Assembly: GCA_963635575.1 (NCBI GenBank)
Contig: CAVHFU010000031.1
Location: 1-17,155, forward strand
DNA length: 17,155 nt
From: a bacterium
Lineage (GTDB): Bacteria; Bacillota; Clostridia; TANB77; RGIG9151
Direction: 5' to 3'
Numbering within the stretch: the first letter of the stretch is position 1; every line of letters starts with the position of its first letter. The translations under genes were made by a program, and so were the position numbers. The notes beneath the pieces are model-generated. The model saw only the letters and a program-made list of their open reading frames with translations, had not been told where the DNA came from and did no database searches. Positions 7,764-15,365 of this stretch are shown here, piece by piece.

Positions 7764-9119
7764 CTACGCGCCAGGAATAATTTCCATAAACTTAGTCGCT
7801 AATCCAAAATAAATTATAACCGTACACATATCTACAATAGTAGTAATAATCGGAGCAGCCATCATAGCAGGGTCTAGGTGGCAGGCTTTAGCAAGAATAG
7901 GCAGTGTTGCTCCAAGTACCTTAGCAATAATAACTGTGCATATTAACGTTAACCCTACAACAATCATAAGCTGAGCCATTATCGGTTCGCTACTATACAT
8001 TAGTCTGATTCTAATGACATTCGCTAATACTAAAACAACCCCAACCATCAAAGCTATTCCGACTTCTTTAGCAATAACCTTAAGGCCATCTCTAACATGG
8101 ATCTCATCTAATGCAAGACCACGAATAATCATAGTAGAACTCTGTGCTCCACAGTTTCCACCAGTATCCATTAGCATAGGTAAAAACGCTACAAGTAACG
8201 GAACAGCTGCAAAAGCATTTTGGTAATTAGTAATAATAGTTCCAGTGATAGCCGCTGACAATGTCAAAATTAATAACCAAAGTACCCTGTTTTTGGCTTG
8301 TTTCCAAACAGGAGTCTTGAAATATGTATCATCATTAGTCTGCATAGCTGCCATTTTTGTAAAGTCTTCTGTATTCTCCTCTTGAATAACATCAACAGCA
8401 TCATCGACAGTAATGATTCCAACCAATCTAAGTTCTTTATCTACAACAGGCATAGCAATAAAGTCATATTTTTCAAACTTTCTAGCCACAACTTCTTTAT
8501 CTTCCAGTGTTGTAGCATAAATAATGTTAGTCTTCATTATATCGCCAAGTGCTGTATCTTTTTCTGCGAGCAATAAGTCTTTTACAGTAACTATTCCAAG
8601 TAATTTACGATTTTTATTAGTAACATAGCAAGTATAAATAGTTTCTTTATCCACACCTGTTTTTCTTATCTTTTCAAAGGCATCTTCAACTGTCATATCC
8701 TTTTTCAAATCAACATATTCAACAGTCATAATGCTTCCAGCACTATCTTTAGGATACTTAAGTACCTCATTTATCATATTACGAGTAGCAGAATCAGTAT
8801 ACTTCAAAATCCTATTAACAACATTTGCAGGCATTTCTTCAATTATGTCTACAACATCGTCTAAATACAACTCATCAACGATCGCTTTTAATTCCTTATC
8901 ATTAAAAGCCGAGATAAGTAACTCTTGATCGTCACTATCCATTTCTACGAAAGTTTCAGCTGCTAAATCTTTAGAAAGCAATCTAAATGTCAAAATTAAA
9001 TCCTCGTTAGAAAGTCCATTTATCATAGATGCAACATCCATCGGACTAATATCATTTAACAAAAGTTTTAACTCTGAAAATCTTTTTTCTTTTAATAATT
9101 GTATTACTTTTTCCTTCAT
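7764..9119 (-). CDS. mgtE: Magnesium transporter MgtE
   Basis: The protein has an MgtE N-domain, a tandem CBS pair (IMTVEYVDLKKDMTVEDA..., FIAMPVVDKELRLVGIITVDD) and a C-terminal membrane domain with the conserved DTGGNCGAQS motif. I trimmed the start to the ATG at 9119, which lies 8 nt after AAGGAG; the ORF-track start is a GTG inside the RBS region. Confidence 0.92.
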   Translation of the reverse strand: MKEKVIQLLKEKRFSELKLLLNDISPMDVASMINGLSNEDLILTFRLLSKDLAAETFVEMDSDDQELLISAFNDKELKAIVDELYLDDVVDIIEEMPANVVNRILKYTDSATRNMINEVLKYPKDSAGSIMTVEYVDLKKDMTVEDAFEKIRKTGVDKETIYTCYVTNKNRKLLGIVTVKDLLLAEKDTALGDIMKTNIIYATTLEDKEVVARKFEKYDFIAMPVVDKELRLVGIITVDDAVDVIQEENTEDFTKMAAMQTNDDTYFKTPVWKQAKNRVLWLLILTLSAAITGTIITNYQNAFAAVPLLVAFLPMLMDTGGNCGAQSSTMIIRGLALDEIHVRDGLKVIAKEVGIALMVGVVLVLANVIRIRLMYSSEPIMAQLMIVVGLTLICTVIIAKVLGATLPILAKACHLDPAMMAAPIITTIVDMCTVIIYFGLATKFMEIIPGA

Positions 9120-9128
9120 ATTAGTCAC

Positions 9129-9341
9129 TCCTTTAATTTAATTTTTTAGGAATGAAACACAAAGTCCAAAACACCAAAAGTATATATTAAAAAGAATGGG
9201 CACAAAAATAAATCCCTGAAGTATAAAAATAAGTCGCGAGCTTATTTGTAAAATGCCCATTCTTCGTACTTCGGGGGACAGGTTTCATATCATTATTAGC
9301 TTCCGTACCCATGCTTTTCACCTCTTTCTACTTAACATCCA
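9129..9341 (-). promoter_or_regulatory. Structured 5' leader of mgtE with competing helices and a terminator (possible Mg2+-responsive attenuator; only partial resemblance to the M-box)
   Basis: The untranslated leader is about 210 nt, running from a consensus promoter to the mgtE RBS. Helix A/A' pairs 9276..9267 with 9223..9214 (10 positions, one C-A mismatch). Helix B/B' pairs 9264..9254 with 9202..9192 (11 bp) and is followed by a U-run. A small hairpin at 9247..9227 lies between them. The A-B-A'-B' order makes the two helices mutually exclusive. Confidence 0.5.
9186..9265 (-). terminator. Leader terminator candidate (long-loop stem AAGAAUGGGCA / UGCCCAUUCUU plus U-run)
   Basis: An 11-bp perfect inverted repeat pairs 9264..9254 with 9202..9192. 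On the minus strand it is followed by UUUAAUAUAUA, and the stem tail CUU extends the U-run to five. The loop is about 51 nt and contains an internal 7-bp hairpin, which is atypical for a simple terminator. Confidence 0.45.
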
Positions 9342-9347
9342 CATAAC

Positions 9348-9376
9348 ATAATACGCCATTTTTTGCAAAATGTCAA
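9348..9376 (-). promoter_or_regulatory. Promoter of the mgtE leader
   Basis: The minus strand reads TTGACA (9376..9371), a 17-nt spacer (TTTTGCAAAAAATGGCG) and TATTAT (9353..9348). Confidence 0.7.
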
Positions 9377-9492
9377 TCGTTTTTTTAATTATTAAAAATG
9401 TTTATAAATTGCATAATTGAGCCATTTGTCAGTATTTACTTTACGCTAGTAATTTCCTATTTATTGGTAGTTATAGCAACCGTTTAAACAGC

Positions 9493-9528
9493 AAAAAAGA
9501 GACTGCTAAAATTTTAACAGTCCCCTCT
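9493..9528 (-). terminator. Rho-independent terminator ending the efflux operon
   Basis: The minus strand reads AGAGGGGACUG-loop-CAGUCUCU followed by UUUUUU. It lies immediately after the stop codon of the TolC-like gene. Confidence 0.7.
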
Positions 9529-9531
9529 TTA

Positions 9532-10662
9532 CTACATATTTCCTATTACATCGCCAACTTTAATAGCTATATTAAATCTATCATTCAATAAGGTACTTTC
9601 TTTAACTTTACTTTTATAAGAATTTTCAGCATTCATAACAGCCAACTCAGAACCAAGATAAGAATTTTTAGATATTAATCCAACATCAAACATAACCTTA
9701 GCTTGTTCATATTGTGTTTTTACTCTGTCTAATTCTTCTTTAGCTATTTTTACTTCACTTTCTTTGTCTTTAACTTGATTATATAAAATTCTTAAGTTTT
9801 CCTTAACAGAATTTATATCATTATTTAATCTAAATTCAGCATCACTATAATCATCCTTGGCTTTTTTCTTATCATCTCTTAGCATAAAGCTTGTTTTAGT
9901 AGCCAATATATATTGGTTCTCTTTTTGTTGGTATTGAAGTTTAACAGATAATACAGAATTATTAGTTTCAAGTGAATCCTCAATTGTTTTTTCTAAATCT
10001 TCAACTGTAAGTTCCTTTTCAACATATTCAGGTCTTTTTATAAGTAATTCTTCAGTAACATTAAATCCCATAATTTGCTTTAATGAAATTTTTAATGTCT
10101 CCAAACTCTTTTTTATACTTTCTAATTGCAAACGTGACGTTTCCAAAGTAGATTTCACACTTTCCAAGTCATTCTTTGTAATCATATTAAGGCTAAACTT
10201 AACCTCAGCAATTTGTACATCATTTTCTTGCTTTAATATAGACTTATTAAGTAATTCTATATTATCTTCAAGCTCAAATATGCTATAAATCATATTCTTT
10301 ACAGAATACTCTATTTTTTGCTTTGCTCCTTCTCTTCCTGCCAAAAAGCTATTATATTGTAATTCTGAAATTTTCATCATATAGCCCCAACATGTAAGAT
10401 ACTCATTTTCATCTTCAAAAGAATATCCTCCGCTTCTAACTTTATTCTTCCACTTTCTGTACTCATCTTTTGCATCATCGTACAACTCTTTTTGGTCTTT
10501 TACAGTTTTCTCTAAATCCACAATTGTAGAATTATGCTTTAGTGCATACTCAACTGCTTGCTCCATAGTCATATAATTATCTTGAGTAGTTGTAACTTCT
10601 TCTGCTATGCAAACTGAGCAAAGTAAACAAAAAGTTACAACAAGACTTATAATTCTCTTCAT
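9532..10662 (-). CDS. TolC-like outer membrane efflux protein (OEP) family protein, short form, with signal peptide
   Basis: The protein has a signal peptide (MKRIISLVVTFCLLCSVCIA) followed by the OEP-type opening MTMEQAVEYALKHNSTIVDLEK and long coiled-coil repeats. It is the last gene of the MacAB-type operon, and GGGAGAGG lies 5 nt before its ATG. At 376 aa it is shorter than canonical TolC/OprM. Confidence 0.65.
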   Translation of the reverse strand: MKRIISLVVTFCLLCSVCIAEEVTTTQDNYMTMEQAVEYALKHNSTIVDLEKTVKDQKELYDDAKDEYRKWKNKVRSGGYSFEDENEYLTCWGYMMKISELQYNSFLAGREGAKQKIEYSVKNMIYSIFELEDNIELLNKSILKQENDVQIAEVKFSLNMITKNDLESVKSTLETSRLQLESIKKSLETLKISLKQIMGFNVTEELLIKRPEYVEKELTVEDLEKTIEDSLETNNSVLSVKLQYQQKENQYILATKTSFMLRDDKKKAKDDYSDAEFRLNNDINSVKENLRILYNQVKDKESEVKIAKEELDRVKTQYEQAKVMFDVGLISKNSYLGSELAVMNAENSYKSKVKESTLLNDRFNIAIKVGDVIGNM

Positions 10663-10679
10663 AATAACCTCTCCCTTCT

Positions 10680-11915
10680 CTATTCATATCTAAGTGACTC
10701 GATAGGGTCTAAATCAGCAGCCTTTTTAGCTGGATACACTCCAAAGAACACACCGCATAGTACAGCAACTCCTATTGAAACTATAATTATAGATGGTGAA
10801 ATCAAATCAGTCGGACTGCAATTAGCAATAGTTGCAAGTGGAAAACTAGGAATTATTCCTATTATTATTCCAACCAATCCACTCATCGATGTAAGTAATA
10901 CAGCCTCTACTAAGAATTGAATAATAATATCCTTCTTTTGTGCTCCAATCGCCTTTCTTATACCAATTTCACGAGTCCTTTCAGTAACAGCAACAAGCAT
11001 AATATTCATAATACCAATTCCACCAACAACAAGCGAAATTGCACCAATTGCAAGAATTGCAATTTGGATAACATTGATAACACTATTTACTGTATCTTGC
11101 ATTTGCTGAGAGCTTGTAAAAGTGTATTTGTCCTCTGTATTATGCAACAACTCAAGATACCTTTTTGCTTTATCTGCTATTTCTTTTGAATCCGCATCTT
11201 TGGGAAAAACAACTTCTATCTCATCAATTGTATTTGTTTGATAAAAGTTTTGGTATGTAGTATACGGAATAATAAGCATACCCGGTACACTATCCGACAG
11301 TTCATCTGCCGTCATATCTATACCTATGTCAAAATCAATTGTGCCAACAATAGTAAGTGTCTTACTTCCATACTTTTCATCTTGTATAATAACTTTTTTT
11401 CCTATCGGGTTAAAATTTCCGAATAATCCTTTAACACACATCTCAGGAATAACAGCAACACTAGCTGAACAATCAACATCATTTTGAGTAAGTAATCTTC
11501 CGTTAGTAAGATCCATTGGCCTCGTATTAAAAACTTCAGGTAAAGCCCCCATAATAATTCCAATTTTCGACTTATCTCCATAATTTACGAATGTGCTTCC
11601 TGTTTGATTAGAACCATAATACTGAATAGCAGTTGCTTCCTCTATATTCTCTTTTAAATATTCAACATCTCTTAGCGTAAATTTATCCGACTCTTCAATG
11701 TTAGCAGTTACAGAAGGTGCAATATTAATAATATTGGCACCAAGTTTTCCAAATAATCCGTTGATATATGCTTTTCCCGCATTACCGGCCGAAAAAATCA
11801 TAATAACTGAAGAAACGCCTATGACAACACCTAACATTGTAAGGAAAGTACGCATTTTATTCGACTTAATACTATCTATTGCTTGCGAAAACACCTCCAA
11901 AAACAACCGTATCAT
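10680..11915 (-). CDS. ABC transporter permease, MacB/FtsX family
   Basis: The protein has an N-terminal TM helix (MRTFLTMLGVVIGVSSVI), a large extracytoplasmic MacB_PCD-like domain and a C-terminal FtsX module with the TERTREIGIRKAIGA motif and three TM helices. Its ATG directly abuts the adaptor gene stop codon (TAGATG). Confidence 0.9.
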   Translation of the reverse strand: MIRLFLEVFSQAIDSIKSNKMRTFLTMLGVVIGVSSVIMIFSAGNAGKAYINGLFGKLGANIINIAPSVTANIEESDKFTLRDVEYLKENIEEATAIQYYGSNQTGSTFVNYGDKSKIGIIMGALPEVFNTRPMDLTNGRLLTQNDVDCSASVAVIPEMCVKGLFGNFNPIGKKVIIQDEKYGSKTLTIVGTIDFDIGIDMTADELSDSVPGMLIIPYTTYQNFYQTNTIDEIEVVFPKDADSKEIADKAKRYLELLHNTEDKYTFTSSQQMQDTVNSVINVIQIAILAIGAISLVVGGIGIMNIMLVAVTERTREIGIRKAIGAQKKDIIIQFLVEAVLLTSMSGLVGIIIGIIPSFPLATIANCSPTDLISPSIIIVSIGVAVLCGVFFGVYPAKKAADLDPIESLRYE

Positions 11916-13130
11916 CTACCTTTCTTCTGTAACCTTTAATCCGTCTGTATATGAAGATTTTATTGTTTTAACAATTTTATCTCCTTCATTAATACCTGAT
12001 TTAACTTCTAATACTTCATCAGAATGAATTCCTGTCTCTATACTAACAGACTTTAGCATCCCATTTTCTATTTTATATACTAAAATGTTACCATCTTTAT
12101 CCTCATTAAAGCTTGAAACAGGTATTGTCATTGTATCTTCACTCTTTGCAGACACAACATCACAAGTAACGTTTAAACCGCTTTTCAACAAAGTCTCCTC
12201 ACTATCTACATCAACAATAACTTCAATCGTAGTCTGTGAACTTGTATAGCTAACTACAGTAGATGCAATAGGAGCAATACTATTTATATGCCCTTCATAA
12301 GTATAACCTTCAAAAGCATCACCTGTGATATATACTTTTTGTCCAACAGCTAAGTTTTTAACTGTAAATTCTTTAACAGCACATTTAATCTCTAAGTTAT
12401 TATTATTTACAACTTTATATATAGGAGCTGTAGCACCGGCATAAGCACCTTCTGACATCGTTATAGAACTAACAATTCCATCAGTAGGGCTATACATAGC
12501 AGTATTTAATTTAGAAATTTGTTTTTCGAATTCTTTAATATTAATACTTGCAAGTTCAATATTCTTTTTTAATGTATCAATGTCATATGTAATACCTGTT
12601 GTTGAAAGTGTAAGTCCAGCTTTAGCATTATCATAAGCAGTTTTCGCATTATCATATTCAACTTTAGAAATTGCTCCTACTTCGTATAAAGCTTCAGCTC
12701 TTTCAAACGCATCTTTAGTGGCCTGTGCGGAATTTTCAGTTGCAACTAGTGATAGCATACCATTATCATCACTAATTGTAGCTTTTTTATAATTTAGTTC
12801 CAAAATTTCTTTGTTTAACTTTAATGTTTCTAAGTTAGAATACATAGAATCCATATCAAACTCTACAATTTTTTGTCCTTTTTTAACCTCATCATTTTCA
12901 TCAACTAAAATCTTTTTTACTTTTACATTTGTTTCTATGTAAACATTATTCTCATCTTTTTCTTTAACTGTACCAGATATAGAAACCAAAGATTCTACAT
13001 CTCCTCTAGTTACAGCAACTGTCTCAACAACGGGTAAAATGCCGCCTTTACTTCCGGCAATAAAGAAGAAAACTATAACCAAAACAACAGCAACAATAAA
13101 TATGTATCTTTTTTTAAACTTAAACTTCAT
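11916..13130 (-). CDS. Efflux transporter periplasmic adaptor (HlyD/MacA/YknX-like membrane fusion protein)
   Basis: The protein has an N-terminal membrane anchor, a coiled-coil hairpin region (LETLKLNKEILELNYKKA...ALYEVGAISKVEYDNAKTAYDNAK) and beta-barrel domains (GQKVYITGDAFEGYTYEGHINSIAP). Its start codon overlaps the ATPase stop codon by 1 nt (TAATG). Confidence 0.85.
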   Translation of the reverse strand: MKFKFKKRYIFIVAVVLVIVFFFIAGSKGGILPVVETVAVTRGDVESLVSISGTVKEKDENNVYIETNVKVKKILVDENDEVKKGQKIVEFDMDSMYSNLETLKLNKEILELNYKKATISDDNGMLSLVATENSAQATKDAFERAEALYEVGAISKVEYDNAKTAYDNAKAGLTLSTTGITYDIDTLKKNIELASINIKEFEKQISKLNTAMYSPTDGIVSSITMSEGAYAGATAPIYKVVNNNNLEIKCAVKEFTVKNLAVGQKVYITGDAFEGYTYEGHINSIAPIASTVVSYTSSQTTIEVIVDVDSEETLLKSGLNVTCDVVSAKSEDTMTIPVSSFNEDKDGNILVYKIENGMLKSVSIETGIHSDEVLEVKSGINEGDKIVKTIKSSYTDGLKVTEER

Positions 13131-13831
13131 TATAAAGTCCTCCTACTCTTATTAATTTCATCTGAAATAATATTTCCATCTTTAAACACAACAATCCTTT
13201 TAGCAAATGCTGCTATATCTGGTTCGTGAGTAACCAAAACAATAGTTACGCCTTCATTATTAAGTTGTGTAAAGAATCCCATTATTTCATCTCCAACCTT
13301 ACTATCCAAGTTACCGGTAGGTTCATCCGCCAAAATCATTTTTGGATTATTGACTAACGCTCTTGCAATAGCAACCCTTTGTTTTTGACCACCTGAGATT
13401 TCGTTAGGCTTATGATCCATTCTCTCACCAAGCCCAACACGCTCTAAGGCAATTTCTGCTCTCTTTTTTCTTTCAACCCTTCCAACACCGGCATACATCA
13501 TAGGCAATTCTACATTTTTCAAAATATCTATTTTAGGAAGTAAATTAAATGACTGGAATACAAAACCTATTTTCTTGTTACGAATAGTAGCAAGTTCACT
13601 GGAATTCATCTTAGATACATCTATTCCGTCCAGTTCGTATTTACCATGTGTTACTGTATCCAAACATCCTAAAATATTCATAAATGTTGACTTACCAGAA
13701 CCACTTGCTCCCATAATGGCAACAAATTCAGTTTCCTCAACATCGAAATTAATGCCTTTTAATGCTTCTACTTGAATTTTTCCGGTATCATAAATTTTTC
13801 GCAAATTTTCTACGTGAATTATATTTTTCAT
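13130..13831 (-). CDS. ABC transporter ATP-binding protein (MacB/LolD/YknY type)
   Basis: The protein carries Walker A GASGSGKST, the signature ISGGQKQR, Walker B ILADEPT and the H-loop VTHE. The N-terminus (LRKIYDTGKIQVEALKGI) is typical of the MacB-type ATPase clade. Confidence 0.95.
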   Translation of the reverse strand: MKNIIHVENLRKIYDTGKIQVEALKGINFDVEETEFVAIMGASGSGKSTFMNILGCLDTVTHGKYELDGIDVSKMNSSELATIRNKKIGFVFQSFNLLPKIDILKNVELPMMYAGVGRVERKKRAEIALERVGLGERMDHKPNEISGGQKQRVAIARALVNNPKMILADEPTGNLDSKVGDEIMGFFTQLNNEGVTIVLVTHEPDIAAFAKRIVVFKDGNIISDEINKSRRTL

Positions 13832-13845
13832 ATCATACCTTCTCT

Positions 13846-14376
13846 CTAAATTAACTTCTCAAGTTCGCTCCATACTTCGTCGAAATCTATCTTGTCACAT
13901 GCAGCCCACATAACTGAGCCAAAGAAAATTCTTGCAATAATTATACTCCTTAAGTTCATATTTTCTTGCATATATTTCATTACTTTTGTGTGAAAATCAA
14001 TAAATTTTTCTTCTAATTCCTCTTTTAAATTTATTGGATACTCATTTATCGTTGCAATTATATTTTTTAATTGTTTATTTTTTATATTGCAAAAATCTAA
14101 TTTTAGTATTTCATATATTCCACGAAGTTGTTCCTTGACATTATCGTTATTATTAATTGCTAATTTAACCTTTTCAAACTGTTCATCTGTCTTTATCTCT
14201 ATAATCTCCGTAAGTAAAGCAACTTTAGATGGGAAATAATTATATACAGTTCCAAGACCAATTTTACTTTCAATAGCAATTTTACGCATACTTATATCGT
14301 CCATATTCTCATTTAGGAACATATTTGTTGCAACTTTTAAGATTTCTTCTCTCACGTTGTCAATTTTCTTAGGCAA
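13846..14376 (-). CDS. TetR/AcrR family transcriptional regulator
   Basis: The N-terminal HTH is ISMRKIAIESKIGLGTVYNYFPSKVALL. It is the first gene of the efflux operon. The ORF-track GTG at 14385 lies inside the RBS AAGAGGTG, so the in-frame TTG at 14376 (6 nt after the RBS) is the more likely start. The start codon remains uncertain. Confidence 0.85.
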   Translation of the reverse strand: MPKKIDNVREEILKVATNMFLNENMDDISMRKIAIESKIGLGTVYNYFPSKVALLTEIIEIKTDEQFEKVKLAINNNDNVKEQLRGIYEILKLDFCNIKNKQLKNIIATINEYPINLKEELEEKFIDFHTKVMKYMQENMNLRSIIIARIFFGSVMWAACDKIDFDEVWSELEKLI

Positions 14377-14396
14377 AAAACTCACCTCTTTTTATC

Positions 14397-14429
14397 TGAA
14401 CGTCGTTCATTTTTTATGAACTGCGTTCA
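14397..14429. promoter_or_regulatory. Two copies of a TGAAC-N3-GTTCA palindrome (probable TetR operators)
   Basis: TGAACGTCGTTCA lies at 14397..14409 and TGAACTGCGTTCA at 14417..14429, with centres 20 bp apart. The second copy overlaps the -10 box by one base and the sites cover the expected transcription start and leader of the operon promoter. Confidence 0.6.
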
Positions 14430-14457
14430 GTATAGCAAAAAATTTTTTTATTGTCAA
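14429..14457 (-). promoter_or_regulatory. Promoter of the TetR/efflux operon
   Basis: The minus strand reads TTGACA (14457..14452), a 17-nt spacer (ATAAAAAAATTTTTTGC) and TATACT (14434..14429). Confidence 0.7.
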
Positions 14458-14460
14458 TAG

Positions 14461-14495
14461 AAAAAAGTGCTAAGTTTTGCACTCAGCACTTTTTT
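14461..14495 (-). terminator. Rho-independent (bidirectional-looking) terminator ending the lipoprotein operon
   Basis: The sequence AAAAAAGTGCTaAG-ttttgca-CTcAGCACTTTTTT forms a hairpin with A- and T-runs on both sides. Confidence 0.8.
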
Positions 14496-14586
14496 AAAGT
14501 CAGCTCTTTGGAGGAATTGCCAAAGTAAAACATATGGAATATAATCCCAAAAATCAAGATAAGTTTTTTATCAACCTGTCTTTTTT

Positions 14587-14766
14587 CTAATTTATTGCCG
14601 AAACCAATAAGATAGTTGCCCCAATATATAATGCCATTAAAACGGCTACAATTGAAAGAATAACTATATTAACTATCTTTAAAGACTTACATTTACCTTT
14701 AATGCTCACAAACACTATTCCGAATATAGCTAAAGCTAAAAATAATATTGCCATCCATAGTTCCAT
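14587..14766 (-). CDS. Small membrane protein (two predicted TM helices), unknown function
   Basis: The 59-aa protein is MELWMAILFLALAIFGIVFVSIKGKCKSLKIVNIVILSIVAVLMALYIGATILLVSAIN. The ATG at 14766 lies 8 nt after GGAGAG, whereas the ORF-track start is an upstream GTG without an RBS. It is the last gene before the terminator. Confidence 0.55.
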   Translation of the reverse strand: MELWMAILFLALAIFGIVFVSIKGKCKSLKIVNIVILSIVAVLMALYIGATILLVSAIN

Positions 14767-14784
14767 ATTAAACACTCTCCGTTT

Positions 14785-15351
14785 TTAACCTAATGTTTCA
14801 TCCTCGTCTTCTTCATTACCATCAAAATTCATATCGTCATCAAGGTCTTCTCCCAAATCCATATCATTATCGTCATCATCAACATTAGTTAAACTAGCAC
14901 CTGTAACATCATTATCGGCATAGTAATCATACTCAGAAAGATATGTTATTTCTCCCATTTCATTAAGCTTATATGAAAATCTCGTGTTGTACACAAACTC
15001 ATTATTCTTTACACCGGCTTTCCACCATTCTTCATAAAACTCTTTAGCATCAAAATACTGAGTTACACTTCTTGCCCCAACAACACCGAAAGTTTGTGCC
15101 TCACCATAAAACTCCTCAGCTAAAGGCAATATGTAACTAGCAGCATTTGCCTCTTGAGATGTATAAACATCAACACAATACCTATCATCATCGCTACGAA
15201 GCATCTGGTAAACTGATAAATACTCTACACCCTCCAAATCTGACTCGGATATATTGCTTATGTCATTTGCACTTATAACGTCATTCCCACAAGCAGTAAA
15301 CGTCAAACAAAGAACAAATAGCATACTAAAAACAATAATTTTCTTTTTCAT
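14785..15351 (-). CDS. Putative lipoprotein with poly-acidic C-terminal tail, unknown function
   Basis: AAGGAG lies 7 nt before the ATG. The signal peptide has a lipobox-like LTFTAC|G. The C-terminus is DDDDNDMDLGEDLDDDMNFDGNEEDEDETLG. Confidence 0.7.
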   Translation of the reverse strand: MKKKIIVFSMLFVLCLTFTACGNDVISANDISNISESDLEGVEYLSVYQMLRSDDDRYCVDVYTSQEANAASYILPLAEEFYGEAQTFGVVGARSVTQYFDAKEFYEEWWKAGVKNNEFVYNTRFSYKLNEMGEITYLSEYDYYADNDVTGASLTNVDDDDNDMDLGEDLDDDMNFDGNEEDEDETLG

Positions 15352-15365
15352 ATTTTTTCTCCTTC

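Noticed and set aside
9129-9341. A confident call of a canonical M-box (ykoK) riboswitch.
   Set aside because: I could match only short fragments to the M-box consensus from memory, and the region before the terminator is shorter than the roughly 160-nt aptamer. I therefore report it as a structured attenuator of uncertain class rather than as a named riboswitch.
9398-9487. A 29-codon hydrophobic plus-strand ORF (MFINCIIEPFVSIYFTLVISYLLVVIATV) in the spacer between the efflux terminator and the mgtE promoter.
   Set aside because: No Shine-Dalgarno sequence lies upstream (ATTATTAAAA precedes the ATG). The composition is what random AT-rich sequence yields, and the ORF points against all other transcription in the window.
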